A DNA stretch of 64,000 nt from Phoronis australis (Eukaryota > Animalia > Phoronida): positions 361,312 to 425,311 of the forward strand of contig NMRA01000212.1 of assembly GCA_002633005.1 (NCBI GenBank), written 5' to 3'. Each line of letters opens with the position of its first letter. Position 1 is the first letter of the stretch. Under the pieces are notes generated by a model. The model did no database searches, was not told the origin of the DNA, and was given only the letters and a program-made list of their open reading frames with translations. Below, one piece after another: positions 52,101 through 64,000 of this stretch. The translations under genes and the position numbers were made by a program.

Positions 52101-55100
52101 ACGTGAAGGCAGATTTAAGCTGTGCTTGATTTCATAACAGCAAAATATGCAGTGATAAAAGTAAATTTTATGCACACGCAACTTATGAGCTTTCACATCA
52201 AATTACTTACACTAAATCTTTTATCAACGTCAACGTAGGCATGATCAGACATATCACTCGCCTGTAGACTAACAAGAACTATCCTATAACAAGAAGAAGT
52301 CATTATTTAAAGCTCCGCCAGTACTATGTCCTAAAATGCAATTCTTACCATAGTAAATGGTAGAAGGGGAGATTGAACAATACAATGTTACCTCATTTCT
52401 TTAACACGACAAAGAAAATTAGGAGACTCGAAAATTTTGTTGTCACTGTGGTGCATTTATACTTTCAGCAATGAATCCTAAACGATAACCGTTTCAAATT
52501 ACATAGTCAAGACTTATCGAGCACTTCAACTTACACGAATATTTTTCATGTACAATATCATCATTACAGAACCTAAAGATATACTCAATACGTGTTTACC
52601 CACATTGAAAGATAGGCGCTAACACAATTATGAACCGAGACATAGATGTAAAGAACCCAACACTGCATCCTTCACATCTTGTCAACATTGCTACTCAGTG
52701 CACAACAGAAAGGCTTAATGAAACTTATCTGCAGATATAATCGAAGAAAATTTGCACTCCGTGTCAATGATTGGGAATTTTCCCAGCAGTAAGGCAGCAA
52801 GACTGGGACTTTACAGTCATTTTGGCTGATTGTTATTAGGATGCATTGTAATACAATTTATGCAAAAAGGTGCATGGCAGCAATGAACGGTCACAAGATA
52901 GCTATTAAACCACGTCATATTAACTCTTACACTACCAAGCGTGCCATTCCAAGAGTTACCCATTCACTGCCTGTCAGTAGTGTTTTAGCACCTGAAATCT
53001 TGAATACTCTACCTGGCGAATATCTGCCTCAATGTAAGATGCCATTATTTTTTAATATCATAAATCAATGCTAGCGCACTTCGACCAGAAAATTTCATAG
53101 CAATCCACCAACACATAACAATAAATTTTATAACGTCTCACCAGAGTTTGCACTCTATATTTTACTTATCCTCAAAATTTATTTGAAACTGGGACCTGCA
53201 GCTTTAAAAAACTTGGCAGACAGAGAATTTAAAGCATTACGTCTTGTGGTCATCACTGTAATCTTTATCACAAAGTGGTCTCAGGTCGCGCAGGTCCTTG
53301 AGAAACTCCCTGTCTAAGTCTACATCCATGTCCTCGTGTTGTTGGCACTCTACACAGAACAGACGGACATGTTATTATTAAGTACACTATATGTAATAAA
53401 CAGACGTTAACTGCGATATACTCTTCTCTGCAGTCAATCCTGTCATAAACACAGACGCCCTGTTTCAAAGACATTATACAATTTTTGGCCCATTCTAAAG
53501 ACACCAAAGTCACAATTCTTGACAAGTGCCTTCTTGCGCATGACTTGCCATTTTTGCTACTGGAGTCCAACAAAAAACTAGAATTTTTGGTATGACTCAT
53601 GTTAAATTAACTTCGCACAATAATGAAATGTGTCTACCTCGAAACACAAAGTAAGCTTCGATTTTGTTAATTATTAGCATGATTAGAATTTTAAGTTTTC
53701 TATGAAAGGTTCACTGGTCTGAAGCAGAGTTTACAACAAACTAAAGTGGCATTACATAAATAAGTTTTATTTTTGGCCACTTACCATTATAAAAAAATAC
53801 CATATTAAATTGGTCTCAAATTGCTCTTTAGGCTCATTTTACGGCTTCAGAAGAACTCACAGTTTGATTTCTTCATACCAAGCTAATAAAATCACAGGTC
53901 ATGGCGAGACATGAAATTCAAAGATCTTGATTCGAAGCAATACCAAATTGTCAGTTCTTAATGAACAGAACAAGATAAGACCAATTTTATAAAGGTAAGT
54001 GACCTATATCAAAATTTGGTATTTTGTCATAAAGCACGGATTTAATGCCACTTTTTCTATGTACTCGTCTGGGTTACCGCCTATGCTCGGCTTACCGCCC
54101 ACCCCCGAAATTTTCAATTTTTCAATTTTAACCGCCCATGCTCGGCTTACCGCCCACTCCTTGTTTTTTTAGATTCCCAATTTAAGCGCCCTGGGCGGTA
54201 ACCCGGATGAGTACGGTAATATAACAACAACATAGTCTTGGAAAAACATGTCAAATAAAAGTAGAACTGCATTGACCTTGGAAAAACACTAGTGAAATAC
54301 TTGTCTTACAGATTACATTTCCAATTAAACACGATGCCTCAGAAAATAATGGTTCGAATGTTACTGAGGTGTGAAAAAACAGCAAACTTATTCCGTGATT
54401 CAATACCTTTCGAGCTGTATGACCAGTTGACAATCATAGCATAAGCGCAATGGGCCAGATCTTCAAAACTAAGATATTGCAGCTTCCTCTTGTTGGTCTC
54501 GAACCTTTGGTTCGTAATGAACACCATTGCAGCATACTGTCTGAAACACAGCAAAAACGAGAAATAGAGTGCAGAACTTCAAGAAAATTCTCACTTCAGG
54601 ACTTGCTCTTATTTAGCCTGGGGTATGAGACGAGTTATGTAGCAGAATAAAACAAGAAGTGGATGGTCAAATAATGTCATGTATTGTGACGTATGAAAAA
54701 AAGTAACATAAAACAAAAGACTGCAAGTTGGCAAACAGAAATACGCATTGTGAGAATACCAATATGCCCCATAATAAAGTTCCAACTCTTTCCATGAAGA
54801 TGGGGAGGCAACCTTCCTCCTAGACACTGCTAACATACCCAGCTGTCAGGCACAAAGTATTTGGCCTTACGCTGTCGATGATTTCCAATAAATTTTTGGC
54901 TTCATAACTGAACTTGCGCTACTTAAAGAATCTTTAGCTGCTAGCAGCACAAATTTCCAAATGAGCCCAACGCTTTTTTCAAGAACCCACATGTTGAGGC
55001 TTTTTGGTGGAAAACTCCTTCATGAAATGGAGGGCTCTTTTACAATTACAGATGGTCAGACAGCTAAACGTAACTGAGCATTAAAATACATGATTGCACA

Positions 55101-58100
55101 ATTATACTGAATGCCTTGTGCACAATGGCTCATTAAGTGGCATGTAAAAGTATACTCCATGAAATATGACACTCCAACCACTTACCTTGCTAAAGCTGGA
55201 GACAAGAGGAAATTTGTTTTAATGTTTTCCACCAATGACCCCTCCATTTCTTCGACAGTTTTAAACACTCGCTTCATGTTGTCAAACTGAAACAAATTTC
55301 AAACAACAACAACTTTTTACGGATTCCATAGAACTTACAGGTTTAGAGACATGATTGCATGGTCCTCAGACATTTACTTTACTTTATTCAATTAGTTTTT
55401 GAAACAAGTATGGTTGGCCAACATCAGTATATTTTTATCATTTGACAAACGAAAAGACGGAGAAATGTTTTTTCCAACAATTATCGACAGTAACTACCTA
55501 TGAAAACAACAATGAATTTTGTCACATAAATGCAAAGACAAAGATTACTTAACCTCGTAATTGTGAAAAAAAACATAGAAAATGAGTGCTTAAAGAACTG
55601 TATAAGGAGGTGTGTGTTTATTAAGTCTGGTCTGCACGCCACCTGTTGGCCACATCACCTGACCTAATGAACATAACTTTGACACCACTGTTAAAACTCA
55701 TTGGGTTACTTTTTACAGTAAATACTCGTTTCCATTAGCACGTAATGCAAAACGCGTGATGCAAATTGTGTTTAAATTGCTTTAGCAGTGAAATAAAACA
55801 GTTACAGAAGTTTCCATTTGTCTGCAATAGTAGAGCGCAAAGGCGCAATCCTCACTGCATTTATTTGAAACAGATTGAGTAGAGCTTGAATATGCAAAAC
55901 GGAAAGGGATTCTGTTTTCATGACATCAGGAATGGGGTTTCTCAGTTGAAACTACCAAGAAACATAATACAATGGAAGTTTACATAGGCGGATTTAGGGG
56001 GGGCGGGCCCCCCCTTGGCTGCTGCAAAAATAAAACAGCAAGAGCGTAGGGAAATGTTGAGTTTATTAATTAACCCCGGTAATTAAAATTATACGGATGA
56101 AACAAGATTTAAATGTGTGCAGTTTTAGTGTTTGGGGGGGGGCTCAGATCCAATTTCAAGTTCCAAATTCTGAACACGGCGCATTCGTAACGGAACTATG
56201 GCTAAGTATAGGCTCTCCCGCGATATCCCAGGCGACCAGCAGTGGCGCTGCGCACTACGACTCCATTTCCGTCGTCTGCTCCACTGTGCAATGAAGAAAA
56301 TTTACTTCATTTTTAAAGAAAATGGAACCTGAGTGACGATGAAAAAACAGAAACTGCTGGTAAGATGTGAATATTAATTGAAGCCTTAGTGAATCACTCA
56401 GAAACTCATAATTCTCTCTTTGTCAAACCTTAACTTAAGACGATTTCCAAAGCAATCCCGTCATTATTGCAAACACGAAAAACGGATTTGGTCTTTTGGG
56501 CATTTGAAGACTATTTTAGATACAACAAATTTGTTAAGAACCGATTGCACAAAATATAAAACGTGTAATAAGCATTACAAAAAAGTAGGTTTCGCGTGCA
56601 AACGCTGTGGACCATAAACAAGTAGCTCTCTTAGTATAAGTTCAGTAGTTAAATCGTGGTGGTGTCGTGGTAAAGCACGCGTGCTCCATCCGCCAGGTTG
56701 TGAGTTCGAGTCTGTGGTACTTGCAGATTTTCCTGTTTGACACGTTCTCCGTTTTTTTTGGGTTTTTTTTGCCTTTTTTTTCTTGGATAATACTTCAGGA
56801 ATCAAGGAAAATGATTGATTTTTAGAGGAAAAAACAGAAAAATTTCCTGACCTCCCCCATTCGGTGCTATGCGCATCTACAATCGTGGTTTGCGCAAATG
56901 CTTACAACCGGACAAAATGTTGGGCCCCCCTTGAGATATCCTAGATCCGCCACTGGTTTAATGAGTCACTTCTCAAAATGGCAAATGCCTACCCTATGCC
57001 CTAAGTAAGATACAAACTTGTGTTTTCTCAAAAAATAGAACATGAACCATGCCATGTAGCAATCTGCATCCTCACAATCATCCATCTGTTACAAGTGATA
57101 TCTGGTCTCAGGAAATGTTTGAGTGCCACAAACGCTCAACGTTTACTGGATTCACTTTGGCTGTGGACCCGTGAAGTTTTGTATATTGAGTTGTATTTCG
57201 AAAAGCGTTTTCCTTGAAAACGCATCATTTTATACTGATACATGGAGACATGAAAATGCATCGGCTACACATTACATATCATGCATTAACCAATTATGGA
57301 AACAAAACTACAGGTACAATGGTCTTAAAATAGAATCTTGTGATCAACTTGTCACTCAAAGCCAGCAATGTTCATCTAAAACAAAGCTAAACAATTGTTA
57401 CAGTAAGGAATTATGCACAATAACATTATCAAAAGCGCACAAAATGTACACGTATTGGCAGACTCCTTGCACTCTTGTACACTTCAAAAATTTTGACCTT
57501 TTTCTCCTACTGATGCTTTTCAACGACATTGGTGAAGAAAATTTTAAAAGCATACACAGGCCACCAACCAGCCCTCCCACCAACATATGTCTTATATACA
57601 TTTGTCAATAATTTGGGACGATCCACAACAAACAATTGCTTCAGGCGCACCTGTCTCCTACAGCTGCGAAGAGGTACTTTGGTTTTCTCCATAACAATGT
57701 CAAGATCCTTCCTATCACGAGAAGTTAATTTCTTTCCCAACAGTTCCCGGATAACAGCTGAATCATACCTATAGTAGCTGAAAGACACAAAGAAATATGA
57801 AGGCAGTAAAATATATGTTATTCTACTTCCTATTTACCATATCCATTGGGATTTATCCCCAGGGCATTACATAATGCAGACATTTGGATATCACAAGGTG
57901 GACATCGACTGGAATACAGTTGAACATGAGATTTTAAAAGAAAAAACACGAAACATTAGGGGTGGGAGTATGGCTGAATGCGGAAATTAAGCTAAACAGG
58001 TATGGAACAAAAACAAATCTTACTAACATACTAATCGGGTCACTCAGCAATTTCAAAAAACTTATCAAAGCACTTAGTACTTGCCATTCATTCTATAGCT

Positions 58101-59406
58101 GATTATTGTTCAACTCGATGATTGTGTAGAATTAGAAAATTTTGTTGTACGTTTCGACACAACTGATGTAATTTTGAACTAGGAATCGAAAATTTGCAAG
58201 TGAACGTAAACCGAAGTCGATGGTATGGAAGTATTTAAGGTCTGTTAAGTGGAATGCTTTGAAATGAACTCAACTAAAACAAATCTCAACAAGATGAAGC
58301 TGGGAGCTTCATCAATATAAGAGTCATTGCCAAATTTTGAGGTAATCTTTTAACAAATAAATTAATTCCCATAAATGTGAAACTTCCCAACTTACTTCTC
58401 GATCAACATTGCTCGAGTTTCTGGAGTCACTTGAAATACCAGTTGTTCAGACAATCGCTGTGGGAACTTCAAGGTTTTTTCCATCAAGCTGAACATGCGG
58501 AACTGATTCTGCACATCCAGCTGTAGAACGTCAAAGGTAACATTGAAGGTTGTCAGTATGCCTTGTCTCTGAAGTATGGCGGCAGTTTCCTCCGCTACAA
58601 AGAAAACAATAACTCAGTACATTCAAAAAGACTATCTCGCTTGACATTGGTACTGGTGCAACTGCATTATTCGAAACTTCAGTGAGCTGTATATCACTTT
58701 GTTACTAGTAGTTTGTTTCAGATCCCAGGATTTCAAGTCTGGTGATATTCATGCCCTGACAATCAGGTTCCGACAGTCCATGAGCTATATACTGAATTTG
58801 GGCACCACAAAGGATTGAGCACCTCTGAGGCCTTCCTACACCATAAGTCTAGAACCTCTCAAAATTCCAGCTTCTTCCGACGGATGACTGTGGGCTTGCA
58901 CAATGGTTTAATGAACATGAGCACATCTAGGAACATGCACGTGAACAATCTGACAACCAGTCGGGGTAATTGAGAAATTTGAGATTAGGATGAACCAGTG
59001 ATACTCACTACAGAGACTTGGTCGTGGCTGACAGGGAGATTGTTATAACTGGGAGGTGGTGCCCTGAGTGGTAGACAGGGGGAGCCTGTTTGGGAACTCG
59101 TTGCCTAAAGGCCAGTGCATTTCAGGTAAAAATCGAGTAAATGGGTTCCTCCTGAAAATGGCTACCGGAAACCAGTTTTCACTAAATAACGGACATTGCC
59201 GATACTCAATGTAAACTAGGAACCAGTAACTGGTTCCTACGTGAAAACTGGTTCCCCACAGCCATTTTCAAGAGTGACCAGTTTACTTGACTTTTAACCC
59301 ATTTCACACCCTATAATGTCTTACCTAAATGACCCCTCAACCAAAGCTGATATACGTCTTCATCAATCAAGGTATTGTTTCCAACAAGGACATTGACGTC
59401 AACCAT
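49114..59406 (-). CDS. FIBP: Acidic fibroblast growth factor intracellular-binding protein, ~364 aa, 10 coding exons
   Basis: Exons 59406-59325, 58594-58396, 57777-57651, 55286-55186, 54540-54407, 53349-53241, 52283-52211, 51164-51078, 50136-50039, 49198-49114; all GT-AG and phase-compatible. Motifs [93 protein letters not shown]. Confidence 0.95.
54061..54214. mobile_element. Short MITE in a FIBP intron
   Basis: 21-bp terminal inverted repeats gtactcgtctgggttaccgcc / ggcggtaacccggatgagtac (2 mismatches); internal direct repeat atgctcggcttaccgccca x2. Confidence 0.7.
55983..56955. mobile_element. Non-autonomous DNA transposon with an apparent 5-bp TSD, in a FIBP intron
   Basis: Termini cataggcggatttagg / cctagatccgccactg; direct repeat gttta at 55978-55982 and 56956-56960; contains a tRNA-like stretch at ~56656-56725. 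Confidence 0.6.
59122..59300. repeat. Foldback element in FIBP intron 1
   Basis: ggtaaaaatcgagtaaatgggttcctcctgaaaatggctaccggaaaccagttttcac pairs imperfectly with gtgaaaactggttccccacagccattttcaagagtgaccagtttacttgacttttaacc; inner hairpin taggaaccagtaactggttccta. Confidence 0.65.
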
Positions 59407-60377
59407 GGTGAGAGGAAGTGTCTGACAGAGGAGTAAGATACTTAGTTAGCCTGTTCCACTAACACCAATGGACCACAGCAACCTATAAATAATTATTAAC
59501 CAGAGTCAGAGAAGTAATGCTTCATACTCCACTCCAGACAGCTGGAATATAGTCACAAGAGTTTATTTTGATTTCTAATTCTGGTATAGGCTAGACCCAG
59601 TATATTCCACCAACAACAAATCAAATGTCACTCCTCAGTGTTCACCAACATGACCACCAGTCACTCTGTCTCGCTTTGACTCTTATTATGTTAGTCTCTT
59701 GAGTCATGTCTTGGCTTGGGTCGGGAGTGAAGCCAACGACAACGGCAAGGGCCGGCAAGGCAGTGTCAGTGCTTTGCACGTCATAAGTTAAATGCAAAAA
59801 TTACAAAATGAAACTGGATGTACCGCTTGCACCTCGAAAGAAAATCACGAGTGTATGAACTGGTGAATGCCTTTAAAACTTGCTCAAATTTCTTCACACA
59901 GTTCTCAGCATACCGAATCAACTCGTAACTTTCATCACGGACTCTTTCAAAGACGAACCGGAAACTGCATATAATTGGCAACTTTCACGCTACCTGGCGG
60001 TACAAATGTCGCTTACTTCGTGGTGATTGCTCTGCGTTACTGACTTGGAATCAAGCTCAACCAAGATTGCGTATGCGTGAACTTGAAATGCACGAGGAAA
60101 CATGACTAGTTCACTCAAATAATAACGTTCACCTGGATAAAGATTTGCACTGCACTAAACCAAATAATATGTTAATAAAATAATGTTAAATAACGTAGAT
60201 GAAATAAATCTGAAACTATAAATAAGGCGCCGATCCAAGGATATTATTGTTTCACGAAATGTAGAATATATATAGGTAACTAAAACAATAATAAAAGATC
60301 AACTGAAATTTTCGGATATAATAATTTCCATGATAGCAAGTAACAGCATATGTTCACGAAAACAACAACGGTTTTAA

Positions 60378-60426
60378 AACTTGACATGTTTCGGTATTTA
60401 TTACTAAAACACCATCCTCAGAAGTC
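60378..60426 (-). ncRNA. Minimal type I hammerhead ribozyme motif (inverted Penelope end)
   Basis: Minus strand: actt-CTGAGGA-t-ggtgttt(tagtaat)aaatacc-GAAA-cat-GTC-aagt. Stem II differs in sequence from the other copies but still pairs. Confidence 0.78.
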
Positions 60427-61791
60427 ATAATACAGTGGCCACCTAGCTAGGCCCAGCAACAAGTAATGAAGCACAGATATAGTCAGTTACAGGGAGTGAC
60501 AATGAACTAGACCAACAATGACAACCTGTGGTGTGTCAGTTGCCTATCGAGATTGGGCTTGCACCAACTGATATGTAAAGCCTCACGAATTTTAAGCTCC
60601 CGTTGTCATGGTTATTGCCTGGCCTATTATTGCAGTCATTGAAAGAGCACTGCTGATAACAATGATTGGAGCTCTGCAGGTGAATATTTACATGTGAATT
60701 ACTGTCAGAATTTAGATGTTCCTTGGTCCTGGTTTTCAAATGGCGAACAGTTTCGCCTATACAACTGGACCCACATCCAGCACAGATAAATTTGTATACT
60801 ACCTTCAGTTGGACCGTAGACCCATAGAAATTTCGTCCTTAGGGTTAAATAATTGTTGGTGTATTTAAACTCGAGGCATCCTAATTTGAAATTCAGTGTA
60901 GAAATAGAGGTCGATAACGTTTTGCCATTTCTGGACGTGTTAGTAGAGCGTGAGGGTACCTCAGTGATAACATCAGTATTTCATAAGAAGATCTACACAG
61001 GACTGTACACTTGTTTTCATAGCTTCTCATCCTTTGTTTATAAAGTAGGTCTCATTAAAACGCTAATAGACAGGGTATATCGCATTAACAACACTTGGGC
61101 TAGATTTGATTCTAATATCAAAGAACTTACAACGAATCTGCAAAAGAATGGCTATCCCCTAGAATTAGTCAATAGGGTACTGAAAGCAAGACTCCAACGT
61201 AACCCTGATGATGTTCATCCTGTAGACAAAACTAACTACAAGTACTTTAAAATACCCTATGTTGGATGTTACGCCAAAATTGCTCAACGAAAACTCAACA
61301 AATTGATGAATGATTACTGTGTGATTAAGAGTTGTATTAAAATTCAAGTCTCTAAAACTGTCGAGTTTATTTAACCCTAAGGACAAAATTTCTATGGGTC
61401 TACGGTCCAAGGTAGTATACAAATTTATCTGTGCTGGATGTGGCTCCAGTTATATAGGCGAAACTGTTTGCCATTTGAAAACCAGGACCGTGCCAAGGAA
61501 CATCTAAATTCTGACAGTAATTCACATGTGAATATTCACCTGCAGAGCTCCAATCATTGTTATCAGCAGTGCTCTTTCAATGACTTTGCAATAATAGACC
61601 AGGCAGTAACAACAAAGGAGCTTAAAATTCGTGAGGCTTTAACATATCAGTTGGTGCAAGACCAATCTCAATAGGCAACTGACACACCACAGGTTGTCAT
61701 TGTTGGTCTAGTTCATTGTCACTCCCTGTAACTGACTATATCTGTGCTTCATTACTTGTTGCTGGGCCTAGCTAGGTGGCCACTGTATTAT

Positions 61792-61839
61792 GACTTCTGA
61801 GGATGGTGTTTAATAAATGACACCGAAACATGTCAAGTT
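61792..61839 (+). ncRNA. Minimal type I hammerhead ribozyme motif (Penelope 3' end)
   Basis: Identical to the motif at 5222-5269. Confidence 0.8.
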
Positions 61840-62259
61840 TTAAAACCGTTGTTGTTTTCGTGAACATATAATAATTTATACCACAATATTTGCATAGAAT
61901 GGCCAATACAACCGTTTAATAACCCATTTAGTTATTTCACTAGTGAAATAACATTTTGGCGGGAACCTAGGCCATTGTTGCGGAAAAAATTCAAGGATAT
62001 AATTTAAGAAGTTTTTATGTTCAATCCATTAGGTTCAAGCGTACTGAGCTTATCTATCCAAAATTGTTACATTTTGAGTATGTGAGGGGTACTGGGTTTT
62101 GGAGTTTTTCTATCATTTGTACAGAAAGATCTTTATGGTTTTTGGAATTGAAATGATTACCTATCAGAAATGTTTTATGTTTAATGTTAAATCTATGATG
62201 GCGAAACCGATCGAGTTTGTAAATTATACGTGTTGGTTAGAACATTTTTACACGCCACT

Positions 62260-64000
62260 TCGGCAACGCGGCCGCTCCCCCGACCGTGTCGCGGCCACTG
62301 CTGAACAATGAGGACGACCCGGGTCGCCGTGGGACACTGAGGAAGATGGCCATGGGGACCGCAACGACTGAGTCGGGTCAGAGGCGTTTGCTGCTTAACT
62401 AAAATCGACTTCGCCGCGCGGGTTGTGCCTTTCAGGAGAAAGCGACACAAAGGGCCCATAAACGACACATTTCTCTAGTGGGGAGACTTGGAAATTTTCG
62501 CCGATACTCAGAGCCGGATTTGCAAGGGACATGGGGGAGTGCACAGATCTTAGTCACATCCGAGCCAGCGCAGCTGAGAGCCTGGAGGCCGACTTGACCA
62601 CTGTAGACCACGGCGTTTCGCCGAGCGCCAGAGTCGTTGGCTAAGAGCGAGAGGAATCAGTGACACTCGATCCCCGCTACGTTTGCTTACCTTTGTATAG
62701 GAAATCGACACAACAGGTCAATAAACGACAATGACATTTCTGGGGACTTGGATAATTTTTCAATGCAGGGACGATTCTGAAAGCGACACATGGCCAATAA
62801 ACGACACATTTCTGCGGACTTAGAAATTTTCTCCTACACCGTGCTCAAGGCAAGCCCTGCAACGGCCATGGGGGAATGCACAGCTCTTCGCCTCTGCCAA
62901 CGCTGAGTCCGTAGGACGACTCTGACGGGCAGCGGCGTTCCACCGATCGAGCACAGAGCGGCCGGCGGCAACACCGGTCAAGCGCGAGACCTCGGTGGCA
63001 CACAACCCCACTAAGTTTGGTTAACTTTATTTTATTTTGAGGAAGCGACGCAAACGGCCATTTCTGGGGACTTTGTTAATTTTTCAATGCAACGATTCTG
63101 AGCGACAGAAATGGCCAATAAATGTCACATTTCTGCGGACTTAAAAATGTCCGCACATATACAGGGACGGATGTGCAGTCAGTGGGACTCTAGCGCTTCA
63201 ACGGTCAAGACAGCGCAGAACCCGCACTAACAGAGTCAGCGGCGACCGCGACCAAGCGCGATAGACCCCAGAGGCACACAACACCGGTACGTAACGTTGT
63301 GCTTGCTTTTGTTGAGGTTCCTTTGAGAAAGCGACACAAATGGCCGCTAATCGACGCATTTTCTGGAGACTTCTGGGGCAGATCTGCATTGAGAGGCCAT
63401 GGGGGAGTGCAGTATTTCAGCACTTAGTGTAGACCCCGGCCGGCAGGCCGACTTATTAGTAGTGACGCGTCGGTGGTCTGCCGTAACGTCGGCTTGCATA
63501 GTTCGGCACATTTGAGAAAGCGACACAATTAAATGGCCGGTAATAGACACATTTTCTGGGACTTAGAAATTTTCGCAGAAACGTTGGGCAGATCTGCACT
63601 GACTGAGGGGCCATGGGGAGACTACAGCGTTTGGCCCCCCGGCCACGGCAGCACAAACTCTGCCAGCCGTCGTGACTGCGTGGACCGCCGTATCGGTATG
63701 ATGGCCTCGTTTATTGAATTTTCAAGGCTCCTTTTAGAAAGCGACACATTTCTGGAGACTTAGAAAGTTTCGCGCACACGCAGGCGGGGAAAGACCGGCT
63801 GCACTGGGGACTGCTGCCCTCCGGCCTCGGCCAGCGCAGACGCGCAGGCCGACTTAACCACCCGTGAACTGCCGTCTGGGGACTTATCACAGATAGCCGG
63901 GACACGACTAGAGGGACTGTATCCCGGCCCGCCTCGCTACGTTTGCTTACCTTTGTTATAATTCCAAGGCTCCTTTTACAAAGCGACACTAATCAGTGGT
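62260..64000. repeat. GC-rich degenerate tandem array with a conserved ~55-bp core and divergent spacers, running off the window
   Basis: Core gaaagcgacacaaatggcc(aata)aacgacacatttctggggacttagaaattttc recurs at ~62436, 62701, 62779, 63040, 63100, 63326, 63514, 63737 and 63980. Confidence 0.85.

Larger units (their letters stand above)
60328..61865 (+). mobile_element. Penelope-like retroelement insertion: inverted 3' segment (60328-60852) plus 5'-truncated body (60853-61865) with RT C-terminus and GIY-YIG remnants
   Basis: ORF 60853-61374 (HPNLKFSVEIEVDNVLPFLDVLV...SVFHKKIYTGLY...LQKNGYP...FKIPYVG) then frameshifted [18 protein letters not shown]...KEH. 12-bp direct repeat atataataattt at 60316-60327 and 61866-61877. 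Same family as 4519-5296. Confidence 0.92.

Noticed and set aside
58140-58190. Possible further hammerhead (gtcgaaacgta on the minus strand)
   Set aside because: No CUGANGA box or stem I could be found at the right spacing.
62260-64000. CRISPR array interpretation of the repeat-spacer pattern
   Set aside because: Eukaryotic context, no cas genes, degenerate repeats, and spacers that are too long, variable in length and partly homologous to one another.

Overview
AT-rich, intron-rich eukaryotic DNA, most likely from an invertebrate animal; the taxon cannot be fixed from sequence alone. Five spliced genes were reconstructed by hand from splice sites, exon phases and recalled protein-family motifs: the 3' part of xanthine dehydrogenase (+, 608-14469, 5' end outside the window), an SV2/SVOP-like MFS transporter (+, 24098-35681), NUDT14 (-, 38502-43577, one probable GC-AG intron), FBXO48 (+, 46086-47223) and FIBP (-, 49114-59406). 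Introns and intergenic DNA hold many repeats. These include two Penelope-like retroelement insertions with inverted ends, 12-bp TSDs and minimal hammerhead ribozyme motifs, and a Helentron/DINE-1-like element with about 15 co-oriented CTCF-like motifs at ~150-bp spacing. There are also a decayed hAT-like transposase, a LINE 3' fragment, tRNA-derived SINEs and several MITE-like foldbacks. Further oddities are 63-nt tandem copies of the FIBP C-terminal codons in its 3'UTR, a GC-rich conserved-motif/variable-spacer array at the right edge, and an assembly gap (19228-19507) associated with a ~66-bp duplication. No database searches were run; all homology calls come from motif recognition.
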